Positions 1 through 7,908 of a DNA stretch of 32,384 nucleotides are shown here, piece by piece. A model generated the notes under the pieces. It was not told the DNA's origin, made no database searches, and saw nothing but the letters and a program-made list of their open reading frames with translations. Where the stretch lies: IMG/VR virus record IMGVR_UViG_3300005805_000279, positions 1 through 32,384 of that record. One strand, written 5' to 3'. Source of the DNA: a virus (lineage: Duplodnaviria; Caudoviricetes). The stretch's first letter is position 1. Each line of letters begins with the position of its first letter. The translations under genes and the position numbers were made by a program.

Positions 1-99
1 TTTGCTGGTTCTTCTATTGCGCTGTTTAGTTTTTTGCTTTTTGGATTACTCATTGTTGCTCCCTTTGTCTAATAGAAATGGATCATAAAACCACTGGAG
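1..99. repeat. Terminal direct repeat, copy 1 (circular assembly overlap)
   Basis: Bases 1-99 are identical to 32286-32384; the GNAT gene end and the start of the 99-aa ORF read continuously across the join. Confidence 0.95.
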
Positions 100-522
100 C
101 ATCTTATGATCTTCTTTTATTTTCTTCTCTTGCCAAATTTCGCTGCCTTTGTGTGTGTAAATTAGCGCGTCGTTTTCACCATTTATTGCTTGCACCAACG
201 ATGAGCCTATGCCCTGTCTACGGTAGGGAAACTTAACATAGATGTAGTGTAGGATGTTGTCTCCACCCCATAGGCTCCAACCATAAATCATCTCACGCAC
301 ATCGGGATCACTTGCTACAATGCAATAGTTTTGTGGATCTTCCAGTAGCCTGTCTAAACGCTTGCGAGCACCACGGTTGTAAAGGTCAAGGCTTATTGCT
401 CGCGCAAATGATGATTGTTGGAACGACCGCAGATAGGTGCTATAAAGGAACGCTTCATCTATGGACGGATCGTAGGGACGCATTGTCCACACGATTAGTT
501 TAGAGTTGTTGGTTGTTTCCAT
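46..522 (-). CDS. GNAT-family acetyltransferase
   Basis: Acetyl-CoA binding motif A: LHYIYVKFPYRRQGIGSSLVQ (V..xxRRxGIG); 158 aa is typical GNAT size. Confidence 0.8.
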   Translation of the reverse strand: METTNNSKLIVWTMRPYDPSIDEAFLYSTYLRSFQQSSFARAISLDLYNRGARKRLDRLLEDPQNYCIVASDPDVREMIYGWSLWGGDNILHYIYVKFPYRRQGIGSSLVQAINGENDALIYTHKGSEIWQEKKIKEDHKMLQWFYDPFLLDKGSNNE

Positions 523-1085
523 AGGTCGGGATGCTTTTTACGGATTTCATTAAAAAAGATTATTGCTGCTGCTATGCGCTTTTCTAACACTGCAAGGCTT
601 TTACCAAACTCAACATGTGCGTCCTGTAGTTTTAGATAAAAGGCACGAACATTTTCTTCTGTGCGGTCACTATCAAAGTAGGCTGTGGTGCTCCTACCAT
701 TGCGTGGATCTACACAGCGTAGTTGCACACCAAAGATTTTATCTTCTAACGCTTGTGCTTCGCCTTTTAGGCGGTCAATGTTAGCATTTAGATCTGCCCA
801 TCGTTTGCTGTGTAGCACATAGGTTTGGCGTGCTGTTTCCCAATTGTTGTTGCCCTTCACCTCCTTCTCAACATAAGGTTGTAGGATCTGGATAAGCATC
901 TCAGGTTGGATTTCATCAGCCTCTTTTAGTTCTGGAGGACGACCATCGTTCCAAATGCGATTAACTTCTTCTATCTTTTCGGTCATTAGACGAGCAAGGT
1001 CACCTGTTTCTTTTAGGCTGTTTTTTGCTGCTGCGATGTCGCCTTTCATCTTGTTCCAGAATTCTTTTTTACTAATCTTTTCCAT
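495..1085 (-). CDS. Hypothetical helical/coiled-coil protein (196 aa)
   Basis: Tightly packed between the HNH and GNAT genes; heptad-like charged helices; no recognised motif. Confidence 0.75.
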   Translation of the reverse strand: MEKISKKEFWNKMKGDIAAAKNSLKETGDLARLMTEKIEEVNRIWNDGRPPELKEADEIQPEMLIQILQPYVEKEVKGNNNWETARQTYVLHSKRWADLNANIDRLKGEAQALEDKIFGVQLRCVDPRNGRSTTAYFDSDRTEENVRAFYLKLQDAHVEFGKSLAVLEKRIAAAIIFFNEIRKKHPDLWKQPTTLN

Positions 1086-1086
1086 T

Positions 1087-1596
1087 TTAGACCACCTTCT
1101 TGTAGGTTTTGTTGTTTACAATCCCGCTGATTGTTATGCGGCTTACATTTAAATCTTCTGCTAACTCCATGATGCCTACGCCACCAGCCGACACCTTACG
1201 GATGTAGCGCACAAGGCTGTCTGGTAGGGGTTCTGCACGGGCTTTTCTTTCCTTGCCGCTTGCTTTAAAATCTGCTGCGTTGGCGGCGTAATCACCAATT
1301 TTTAAATGTGCAGGATTATAGCATGGAGGATTATTACATTTGTGTTGGACTTGCTCACGGGGGCTGAGATCTATTTGGTGAAACCACTCATAGAAAATTC
1401 TGTGGGTTTGACCTTTCTTTTGTAGAGCAGTTATTTTAGTGTGTCCGCACTCATTACCAACTGTGCCACGGAATTCCCAACAGCCACTCTCAGGATTGAT
1501 TGTTGTTTTCTGGATTAATCTGCTAACAAAAGACCTTAGTAGTTCATGTTCTGGACTTACATTTAGGGAGACACTTACATTTTTTACTTTACCCAT
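1087..1596 (-). CDS. HNH (His-Cys, HNH_3-like) endonuclease with C-terminal HTH
   Basis: GCWEFRG...THRIFYEW...VQHKCNNPPCYNPAHL...N, then IMELAEDLNVSRITISGIVNNKTY HTH. Start moved from 1773 to ATG 1596, which follows a GGAGG RBS. Confidence 0.85.
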   Translation of the reverse strand: MGKVKNVSVSLNVSPEHELLRSFVSRLIQKTTINPESGCWEFRGTVGNECGHTKITALQKKGQTHRIFYEWFHQIDLSPREQVQHKCNNPPCYNPAHLKIGDYAANAADFKASGKERKARAEPLPDSLVRYIRKVSAGGVGIMELAEDLNVSRITISGIVNNKTYKKVV

Positions 1597-1634
1597 CTGC
1601 TTATTCTCCTCCAGTTTTTTACTGGATGTTAGTG

Positions 1635-1671
1635 GAGAAGAAGACGCATCTAACCACCATTTCTTCTTCTC
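1635..1671 (-). promoter_or_regulatory. 5' leader hairpin of the HNH operon with UGGUGG in its loop
   Basis: 10-bp stem gagaagaaga (1635-1644)/tcttcttctc (1662-1671); ccacca at 1654-1659 in the loop; lies just downstream of a CTACTTA motif (1676-1682, minus). Confidence 0.5.
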
Positions 1672-1754
1672 ATAATAAGTAGATGATTGTAGAGCCAAAA
1701 GAAAATCTTTTTTACTATTATTGCAATTTTCTTTTTCGGTTTTGTAATTTGCTG

Positions 1755-1985
1755 AGATCTTTACACTTTTCATTTTGCTTTTTATCTTTCTGTCTATCTG
1801 CTAATCTTACTTTTAAAACTATCTTACTGTTTAGATTACTTATGTTGTCTCAGCATCCCGCTGTGTCTTACATTATTTTATCTTATCTTTACTGCCTTAC
1901 TGTTTCTTTTTCTTTATCTATCCAGAACTTTTAGTTGTTTAGACCACCCTGCCAAAAGAAAGAAATTATAATAAAGAAAGAAAAG
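1755..1985. other. AT-rich, strand-skewed non-coding tract with repeated TCTTAC-like words; candidate replication origin
   Basis: About 6 copies of (a)tctt(t)ac or ccttac between 1757 and 1900; pyrimidine-rich plus strand that flips to A-rich at about 1950; no credible ORF. Confidence 0.35.
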
Positions 1986-2011
1986 GTATCCCTCCAGATA
2001 AAACAATAGCG

Positions 2012-2112
2012 ATCCAACCAGCAGATGACCGCTGATTAGAGAAAATAAAAAGGCTGTTCTTCTACCACCATAGAAGTGAGAGTAGTGGTGGCTACTCTCA
2101 CAGCCTTTATTT
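2012..2112 (-). ncRNA. Structured element: three-way junction with complementary loops, plus an adjacent G-U-containing hairpin
   Basis: P1 2049-2056/2101-2108; P2 cttcta-CCACCA-tagaag 2059-2076; P3 tgagagtag-TGGTGG-ctactctca 2077-2100; hairpin 2013-2040 pairs fully only on the minus strand using G-U pairs. Confidence 0.55.
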
Positions 2113-2362
2113 GCCTTGCCTTACACTTGCTGTGTCGTTCCTCAGATTTAGAAAGCCACTATGTGGACTTATTTCCTCGTCACCAGTAATCGTGTTTCCC
2201 TTTACCCGACATTGCTGCCTGTAATTACAAACCCCGATTGAGATGCTTCTTACAATCTCAGACACAAACCCTATTCTACACTAACATTATTAATTAGTTC
2301 ACTCTTTTTTTTATTCCAAGAAAAAAATAAATCTTTTTCATTTTCTCAGACATAATTAGTTT

Positions 2363-2563
2363 GTGTATCGGATTATCTTAAAAAAAGATTTTAGTAAGTT
2401 TTATGTTCGCCATGTAAAAGAAAAAAGTGAGATGGTGATTGCCTATTGTATTCGTGATGCGCTTGGTGATTGGGTTGCTACAAACATCATCAGCGAGACA
2501 AACAATCTACACAAATTGCTATCCTATGTCAAGCGTTGTGAAGAACTTAATAAAAATGACTAA
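2363..2563 (+). CDS. Possible small hypothetical protein (66 aa)
   Basis: GTG-start ORF with protein-like composition in otherwise empty space; no clear RBS. Confidence 0.35.
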   Translation: MYRIILKKDFSKFYVRHVKEKSEMVIAYCIRDALGDWVATNIISETNNLHKLLSYVKRCEELNKND

Positions 2564-2600
2564 ACATTTCCTTTTACCTGTGGTAGTATCTAATTATAAA

Positions 2601-2688
2601 AAAGGACGGAAACCTGCTAAGGCAGTTCGCCATAATCTGCCGTTCTCCCTGTCCTTTCTGCCCCGCCACCACGGGGCAGTTTTATTTT
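2601..2688 (+). promoter_or_regulatory. Structured leader/attenuator upstream of the HTH-MTase operon
   Basis: aaaggacgg...ctgtccttt stem enclosing ctgc-taag-gcag, then terminator-like ctgccccg-CCACCA-cggggcag (2658-2679) with a ttttatttt tail; preceded by CTAATTA at 2590-2596 and followed by RBS aaggag. Confidence 0.55.
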
Positions 2689-2707
2689 AACCATAAGGAG
2701 CAAGACA

Positions 2708-2905
2708 ATGTGCAAAGGAATTTACAACATGCCCCGCAATTACAAACTAACACCAGAACAAGTTTTAGAAATCAAGATGGATGATCGTCGTCCTTATAGG
2801 TTAATTGCTGTTGACTATGGTGTTTCTATTGCTACTGTTTGGAGCATTATCAATGGAAAGAAATGGAAACACATGGGAGAAAATAGAAATGGAACAAACA
2901 ATTAA
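2708..2905 (+). CDS. Stand-alone HTH DNA-binding protein (HNH C-terminal HTH type)
   Basis: KLTPEQVLEIK...YRLIAVDYGVSIATVWSIINGKKWKH; strong RBS ataaggag; overlaps the MTase start. Confidence 0.75.
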   Translation: MCKGIYNMPRNYKLTPEQVLEIKMDDRRPYRLIAVDYGVSIATVWSIINGKKWKHMGENRNGTNN

Positions 2906-4151
2906 TCTACATAATGCCGACTGTTGGGAAACATTAAAAACTTTACCAGATGATAGTGTTCACACTATTATCACAGATCCACCCTACGACATTGGCTTTA
3001 TGGGTAAAGATTGGGATAAAAACAGCCTTATCACTAATGTTGATTTCTGGAAAGAGTGCCTACGAGTTCTAAAGAGCGGTGGTTATTTGCTTTCTTTTGG
3101 TCATAGTCGCACCAGCCATAAGATGGCTACTGCTATTGAGAACGCTGGCTTCCAGATCCGTGACACGATTATGTGGATCTACGGCAGTGGTTTCCCTAAG
3201 TCACATAATGTTGGTGCTAAAGTTGATGGTTGGGATGGTTGGGGCACAGCACTAAAACCAGCACATGAACCAATCGTAATGGCTCGTAAACCATTAGAGG
3301 GCACTGTTGCTGATAATGTTCTTAAGCATGAGGTAGGTGCTCTAAACATTGATGCTACACGCATTGGTAATGAAGTTCTACCAGCCATTAGCACTAAAAC
3401 AGAAACAACCGACATTGGTTGGGAAAAGGCTGGCTACACAACGGCTGAAAGAACTGGTCGTTGGGCATCAAATGTTATGTTTAATCATGCTGAAAATTGT
3501 GAACTTGTTGGTGAGAAAGAAGACATAAGACAAGGTGGAGAAAGAACAAAAACTTTTGGTAGTGAAGAAGAACCAGTATCTGGCGGTGAAGGAACTGGCG
3601 GCACAATGAAAGAAATAACAAAAATCCCTGTTTGGAAATGTGCTGATGGTTGTCCTGTAAAAGCGTTAGATGAACAAGCACCAAACAAAGGCAACCTATT
3701 CAAGAAAAAAAGAAATAAAGGCACAAGCGGCGGTAGTGGTGATAGTTGGACTAATGGCGGCAAGGCGGCTGGCGAGGACAATGGTTTCTATGACGCACCA
3801 AGTGGAGCAAGCAAGTTTTTTTATTGTTCCAAGGTAGGCAAGAAGGAACGCAATGCTGGTTTAGATGGAAAACCAGAAACCACAACTGATGATGGAAGAG
3901 AAAAGTCAATAGACAATCCATTTCAAAGAGGTCAAACACTACGAAAGAATAATCATCCAACCGTAAAACCAATTGCTGTAATGGAGTGGTTGATTAAACT
4001 TGTTAGCCGTGAAGGGCAAACTGTTCTTGATCCATTTATGGGAAGCGGCACAACTGGAATAGCAGCAAAGCGTTTAGGTCGCAACTTTATTGGCTGTGAG
4101 CGTGAAAAAGATTTTTATGAAATAGCAAGCGCAAGGATTGAGCACGGCTAA
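2889..4151 (+). CDS. DNA N6-adenine/N4-cytosine methyltransferase, beta class (orphan)
   Basis: Catalytic IITDPPY near the N-terminus; HPTVKP and SAM-binding VLDPFMGSGTTG near the C-terminus (beta order). Likely start is ATG 2889 (MEQTINLHNAD). Confidence 0.93.
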   Translation: MEQTINLHNADCWETLKTLPDDSVHTIITDPPYDIGFMGKDWDKNSLITNVDFWKECLRVLKSGGYLLSFGHSRTSHKMATAIENAGFQIRDTIMWIYGSGFPKSHNVGAKVDGWDGWGTALKPAHEPIVMARKPLEGTVADNVLKHEVGALNIDATRIGNEVLPAISTKTETTDIGWEKAGYTTAERTGRWASNVMFNHAENCELVGEKEDIRQGGERTKTFGSEEEPVSGGEGTGGTMKEITKIPVWKCADGCPVKALDEQAPNKGNLFKKKRNKGTSGGSGDSWTNGGKAAGEDNGFYDAPSGASKFFYCSKVGKKERNAGLDGKPETTTDDGREKSIDNPFQRGQTLRKNNHPTVKPIAVMEWLIKLVSREGQTVLDPFMGSGTTGIAAKRLGRNFIGCEREKDFYEIASARIEHG

Positions 4152-4158
4152 TTACTTT

Positions 4159-4284
4159 ATGGAACTACCACTTCCGTTAGGTGAGGAGAAGGAAGAAACG
4201 CCAGCAACCGTAGAGGAGGCTGGCGTTTTTATTTGCGACATAAGTGAAGACAGTCGCGAAGCCTTTGTTGTAAACCCTCAATAA
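4159..4284 (+). CDS. Possible 41-aa acidic peptide (MELPLPLGEEKEETPATVEEAGVFICDISEDSREAFVVNPQ)
   Basis: Open frame below the ORF-track cutoff, 4 nt after a CTAATTA motif; overlaps a hairpin, so may be spurious. Confidence 0.25.
   Translation: MELPLPLGEEKEETPATVEEAGVFICDISEDSREAFVVNPQ
4196..4230. terminator. Hairpin/terminator between convergent operons
   Basis: aaacgccagc-N13-gctggcgttt followed by a T-run on plus and a pyrimidine tail on minus. Confidence 0.6.
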
Positions 4285-4318
4285 AGCCACGCTAATGCCC
4301 CTACAAGCGACGATCTCC

Positions 4319-4621
4319 CTATTCAACGCAGAAACGCTTATCTTGACGGCACAGCAAATAACCAACGCGTTTATCAATTTTATTTAGAACTTCTTTTTGT
4401 TCACGCATTTGTTGTGCGAGTTCGTTATTCTGGATCTCTAAGCCATCAACTTTTTTTTGTAGATTACGGGTTTGCTCCGTGCCGTCACGCTCAATAGCGA
4501 CAACTTTGTTTGATAGCAACGCTACTTGGTCACCCAATCGCGCAGCACTAACAGCCCCACCGCCAGCCATAAGCAGCATGGAAACAATAAACGGGACATT
4601 GCCCTTCATCCACTCAACCAT
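4319..4621 (-). CDS. Small membrane-anchored coiled-coil protein (holin/XhlA-like candidate)
   Basis: N-terminal hydrophobic segment VPFIVSMLLMAGGGAVSAA followed by a coiled coil; last gene of the late operon. Confidence 0.55.
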   Translation of the reverse strand: MVEWMKGNVPFIVSMLLMAGGGAVSAARLGDQVALLSNKVVAIERDGTEQTRNLQKKVDGLEIQNNELAQQMREQKEVLNKIDKRVGYLLCRQDKRFCVE

Positions 4622-4632
4622 GCCACTATCCT

Positions 4633-5034
4633 CTATTGTTGTAGTGTTAAGTTAATAAACACGCTACCAGTGGTGGTTGGGGTGCTGCCGCTGGTTGCTT
4701 CAAATGTTAGATACATCCATTTTGCTGAGAACGGGACTGTAGAACTTGTGGTTGGGCTATCAACGCCAATTTGTGCTTCGGGCACATCCATTGTAAAAAG
4801 AAGATTTGCTGGTGTGTAAGGTTGGCTATTTTTAATAGCACTACCAGTTGGCGAACCACCCCACCAAGGTAATGAAGCAACATAAACACTCGCAGTGCCT
4901 GCTATGCCGTCTGCCGCAATAGCCTGCATTTGGACTGTTTTGTAGGGCGAGACATCCCAAATGTCAGCCGCAACAGCAATAGAACCGCTTGGAACGCTAC
5001 CACTTTCAAAGATTGGACTTGTTGATAGAAACAT
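4633..5034 (-). CDS. Hypothetical Ser/Thr/Gly-rich beta-sandwich virion protein (133 aa)
   Basis: RBS agagga; preceded by CTAATTA; beta-strand pattern ending KWMYLTF...GSVFINL. Confidence 0.6.
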   Translation of the reverse strand: MFLSTSPIFESGSVPSGSIAVAADIWDVSPYKTVQMQAIAADGIAGTASVYVASLPWWGGSPTGSAIKNSQPYTPANLLFTMDVPEAQIGVDSPTTSSTVPFSAKWMYLTFEATSGSTPTTTGSVFINLTLQQ

Positions 5035-5061
5035 TTTTATTTTCCTCTTTTGTTAATTAGA

Positions 5062-7899
5062 TTATTGCCCGAGAGATTGCCTACCTTCTTGCGCTTTTTT
5101 TGTAAACTTAGGAACAACAGTTGCTTTCTCGCCTTCTATTGCTCTACGATTTAGTTCTATTTGTTGCTGTTCTACTGGTGTTGCGCGATCCATGCCCATA
5201 AATGTTTTATAAATTTTCATTTTAGTTGGATCTATGACTTGTTTAGCCGCTAATGCTTTTGCGTATTCCTCAGTAAGGCTGCTTTGGATTTCTAATAGGG
5301 TAGCAGGATAAACGCTGCGTAGCACATCAATGCCTTCTGGAGCAACAAAGTTTTTTTCTTGTGCGTCTGCCATCACTAAATCTGGACGCAGTATGTAGCG
5401 GTTCTTGCGACCATAAGATGATAAATCTTGTGGTGAAGGTTTGCCTTGTGGTCCCTCTTTTGGTAGGTTATTTTTTAAGTAGCCTAATGCTAAAATTGTA
5501 GTTCTACCAGAAACATCTGCTAAGTTTTTATTGAACTCATCAAGACCAGCATTTTTACCAGCCAAGTAATCCGCAATTGCTTCTGGATTTACATTTTCTA
5601 ATGCTGCTTTGTTTTGTCCATAAACTGTTTCATCGTTCTTTAAACTCATTGGATCTCTGCCACCAATAGTAGGTCTATCGTGGAAGAGTGTAATCTTTGT
5701 TGGTGTTGCGCGTTGTTTGCTAAAAATAGCAGTAGCAAAGCCATCAATAGCAGCACTCATGCGAATAGCGGTGTTATCAACAGTGTTTATTGTTTTTATA
5801 ACGCCAGCAGGGTTTAGGACGGCAGCACCACCATAAGTTAGTGGCATTGCTGCTGCTGCTAATAGTGGATTGTTTGTTAGGGCACCGATACCAGCGCCAC
5901 CGCCAAGGACACCAGCGATTTGTCCGAGTGGACCAAACTTACTTTCTAATGCTCCTGCTTCTATTCCTTTTCTACCAACCTCTGCGGCTCTGCCTTCTTG
6001 GAAACCAATGATTGCCGCTTCTGGTGTAGCAAAATCAAAAGGTAATGGGATTGGTGGAACAACTTCGCCTAATCTTCCAGTTGGAGATGATAATGCTTGT
6101 TCCATAACATAAGCATTGCGTAGTAATCTTGCGGGCATCTTAGTAGCGTCTAAGGCAACTGCCCCGCCCGCCGCTGCCGTATTACGCACAGCATCAATTG
6201 TGTCTGCTAAATTTTCATGAAGCGAACGAAAAGCCTCAAACTCTGCTGGTAAATCATTTGTTGTTGTTGACGCATAATGTGCTGCTAATTTATCAGGATC
6301 AAAAACAAATCTTTCGCGTCTGGCTGTTCCAACATTTTTCATAAATTTAGTTCTTAAATTAATAGCAGCCTGAGTTGTTCTTCTACGAAAACTATCAGCC
6401 ATTTGTTGAGCGCCGCGTGCTGCGTCGGCATCTGTTAAACCTCTTAGTAATAATTCTTGACGCTTTAATTCATAAAGGTCACCAATAAGGTTCATGGGTT
6501 CGTTAGCATCTGCGCTTCTTGCGAATGCTTGGTATTCGTTATCTAATGCTTCGGCTAATTTTTTTGTGCTACTGGTGATTGTTTTAGCACCACCCCTTGC
6601 GGCTCCACTGCCACCCCTTGCGGCTTCACTGGCTACTTCTGCTTGACGCATAACATCAAGAATTTCTTGCTTGGTTGCATCGCCAGCAAGAGAACCAAGC
6701 GTTGGAACACCAACAACTGGTGTTTCACGGGCTAAAAAGCGTAATGCCTTATTTGTTGCTGCCATAGCACCTTTGATGCCCATTGCTGCCGTGTCTATGG
6801 TTGGTGGTAAAAGAGCACTTATCGCAGCCGACTCCGCTGCTTTAAAACCAGCATTTGCGAGTGTTCCACCAATAAATTCGCCAGTGTTAACAGCGCCTTC
6901 GTATTCGGCAGAGGCATCCATAGAAACTCTTTTTGCTTCATCTGTAAGACCAGAAACAGCACCTGCTAATCCCGCAATTGGCGCAGCACCCAATCCCATG
7001 CGTAGCAGAGTGATAACACGGTCGCTATAACCTTGTGTTTTTAATTTTTGTTCTATTGTTTTTTGTGCTAATTCGCTTTCTAAAACTTTTGCTGTTTTTT
7101 GAAAAGCACCTTTCTCAACAACTTTACCAGTGCGAACAGCACCCTCTACTGTTGCTTTGATAACATTTTTTTCTGCTTGTGTAAGTGCTGCCTTTGCGCC
7201 AGCGTTTGCGATTGTGTTAGCAACTAAATCTGTTTTGCCGATAGCGGTTCCTGCACCAGATAAAATCTTTGGAACCGTTTCTAAACCTAACTTGCCTAAA
7301 ACTTTACCTAAACCCTTGATTGCTAAACCAACACCCGCTGGACCAATCAAACCTAATGCTTTACCAGCGGTTGCCGCAACTGGATTTTCTTCTTCGCGTC
7401 TTGCTTGATTTTGATAAGTTTCGCCAGTGACATCTTCTAAAAAGTTTGTAGCACCAAAGGTCTGCATCCCAAGATAGTTTTCTAAAAAAGTAGTAGCAAA
7501 TTCTCCTGCGACAGTTTGTGGATAGCCGCTCGCAGTTCGTTTATCATTAAATTTTAATGCTTCGTTTACAAACTTGTATTCTTTTTGTGCTTGTCGGACA
7601 GCCTCTTCTGGCTTCTTGCCTTCACCAACAAAACGATCACGCATCGCAGGATCATAAGGCGCTAATGCCTCTACTGTTTCGCCAGTGCTCTTTTTCTCTG
7701 CTCCAACAATGTCCTGTAAAAGTGGTTGCCTTGGTTCTTCACCAAGACGAATTTGTTGCTTTGCTACCTCAATGTCAGCATCATCTTCTATTGGATTATA
7801 ACCTTGATTATAAGTTGCTTCCGCTTCGGCTTCTGGAACATAAAATGGTGTCCCATCGCCACTACGAAAATAAACTACATTGTTTGCTTTATCTGCCAT
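5062..7899 (-). CDS. Large internal virion/ejection protein (945 aa)
   Basis: Ala/Gly-rich helical protein with hydrophobic Gly-rich segments; third large ORF after the nozzle, matching the podovirus ejection-protein position. Confidence 0.7.
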   Translation of the reverse strand: MADKANNVVYFRSGDGTPFYVPEAEAEATYNQGYNPIEDDADIEVAKQQIRLGEEPRQPLLQDIVGAEKKSTGETVEALAPYDPAMRDRFVGEGKKPEEAVRQAQKEYKFVNEALKFNDKRTASGYPQTVAGEFATTFLENYLGMQTFGATNFLEDVTGETYQNQARREEENPVAATAGKALGLIGPAGVGLAIKGLGKVLGKLGLETVPKILSGAGTAIGKTDLVANTIANAGAKAALTQAEKNVIKATVEGAVRTGKVVEKGAFQKTAKVLESELAQKTIEQKLKTQGYSDRVITLLRMGLGAAPIAGLAGAVSGLTDEAKRVSMDASAEYEGAVNTGEFIGGTLANAGFKAAESAAISALLPPTIDTAAMGIKGAMAATNKALRFLARETPVVGVPTLGSLAGDATKQEILDVMRQAEVASEAARGGSGAARGGAKTITSSTKKLAEALDNEYQAFARSADANEPMNLIGDLYELKRQELLLRGLTDADAARGAQQMADSFRRRTTQAAINLRTKFMKNVGTARRERFVFDPDKLAAHYASTTTNDLPAEFEAFRSLHENLADTIDAVRNTAAAGGAVALDATKMPARLLRNAYVMEQALSSPTGRLGEVVPPIPLPFDFATPEAAIIGFQEGRAAEVGRKGIEAGALESKFGPLGQIAGVLGGGAGIGALTNNPLLAAAAMPLTYGGAAVLNPAGVIKTINTVDNTAIRMSAAIDGFATAIFSKQRATPTKITLFHDRPTIGGRDPMSLKNDETVYGQNKAALENVNPEAIADYLAGKNAGLDEFNKNLADVSGRTTILALGYLKNNLPKEGPQGKPSPQDLSSYGRKNRYILRPDLVMADAQEKNFVAPEGIDVLRSVYPATLLEIQSSLTEEYAKALAAKQVIDPTKMKIYKTFMGMDRATPVEQQQIELNRRAIEGEKATVVPKFTKKAQEGRQSLGQ

Positions 7900-7908
7900 G
7901 CTTTTCTC

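Noticed and set aside
1597-1773. 59-aa N-terminal extension of the HNH ORF
   Set aside because: A strong RBS precedes ATG 1596, and the extension overlaps the leader hairpin and promoter motif.
2077-2100. T-box riboswitch (UGGN) or tRNA/tmRNA gene suggested by CCACCA/UGGUGG
   Set aside because: No T-box consensus, Stem I, T-loop (GTTCRA) or cloverleaf nearby.
2805-2888. Hydrophobic signal-like N-terminus on the MTase
   Set aside because: Artefact of an upstream TTG overlapping the HTH gene; the MTase fold begins at ATG 2889.
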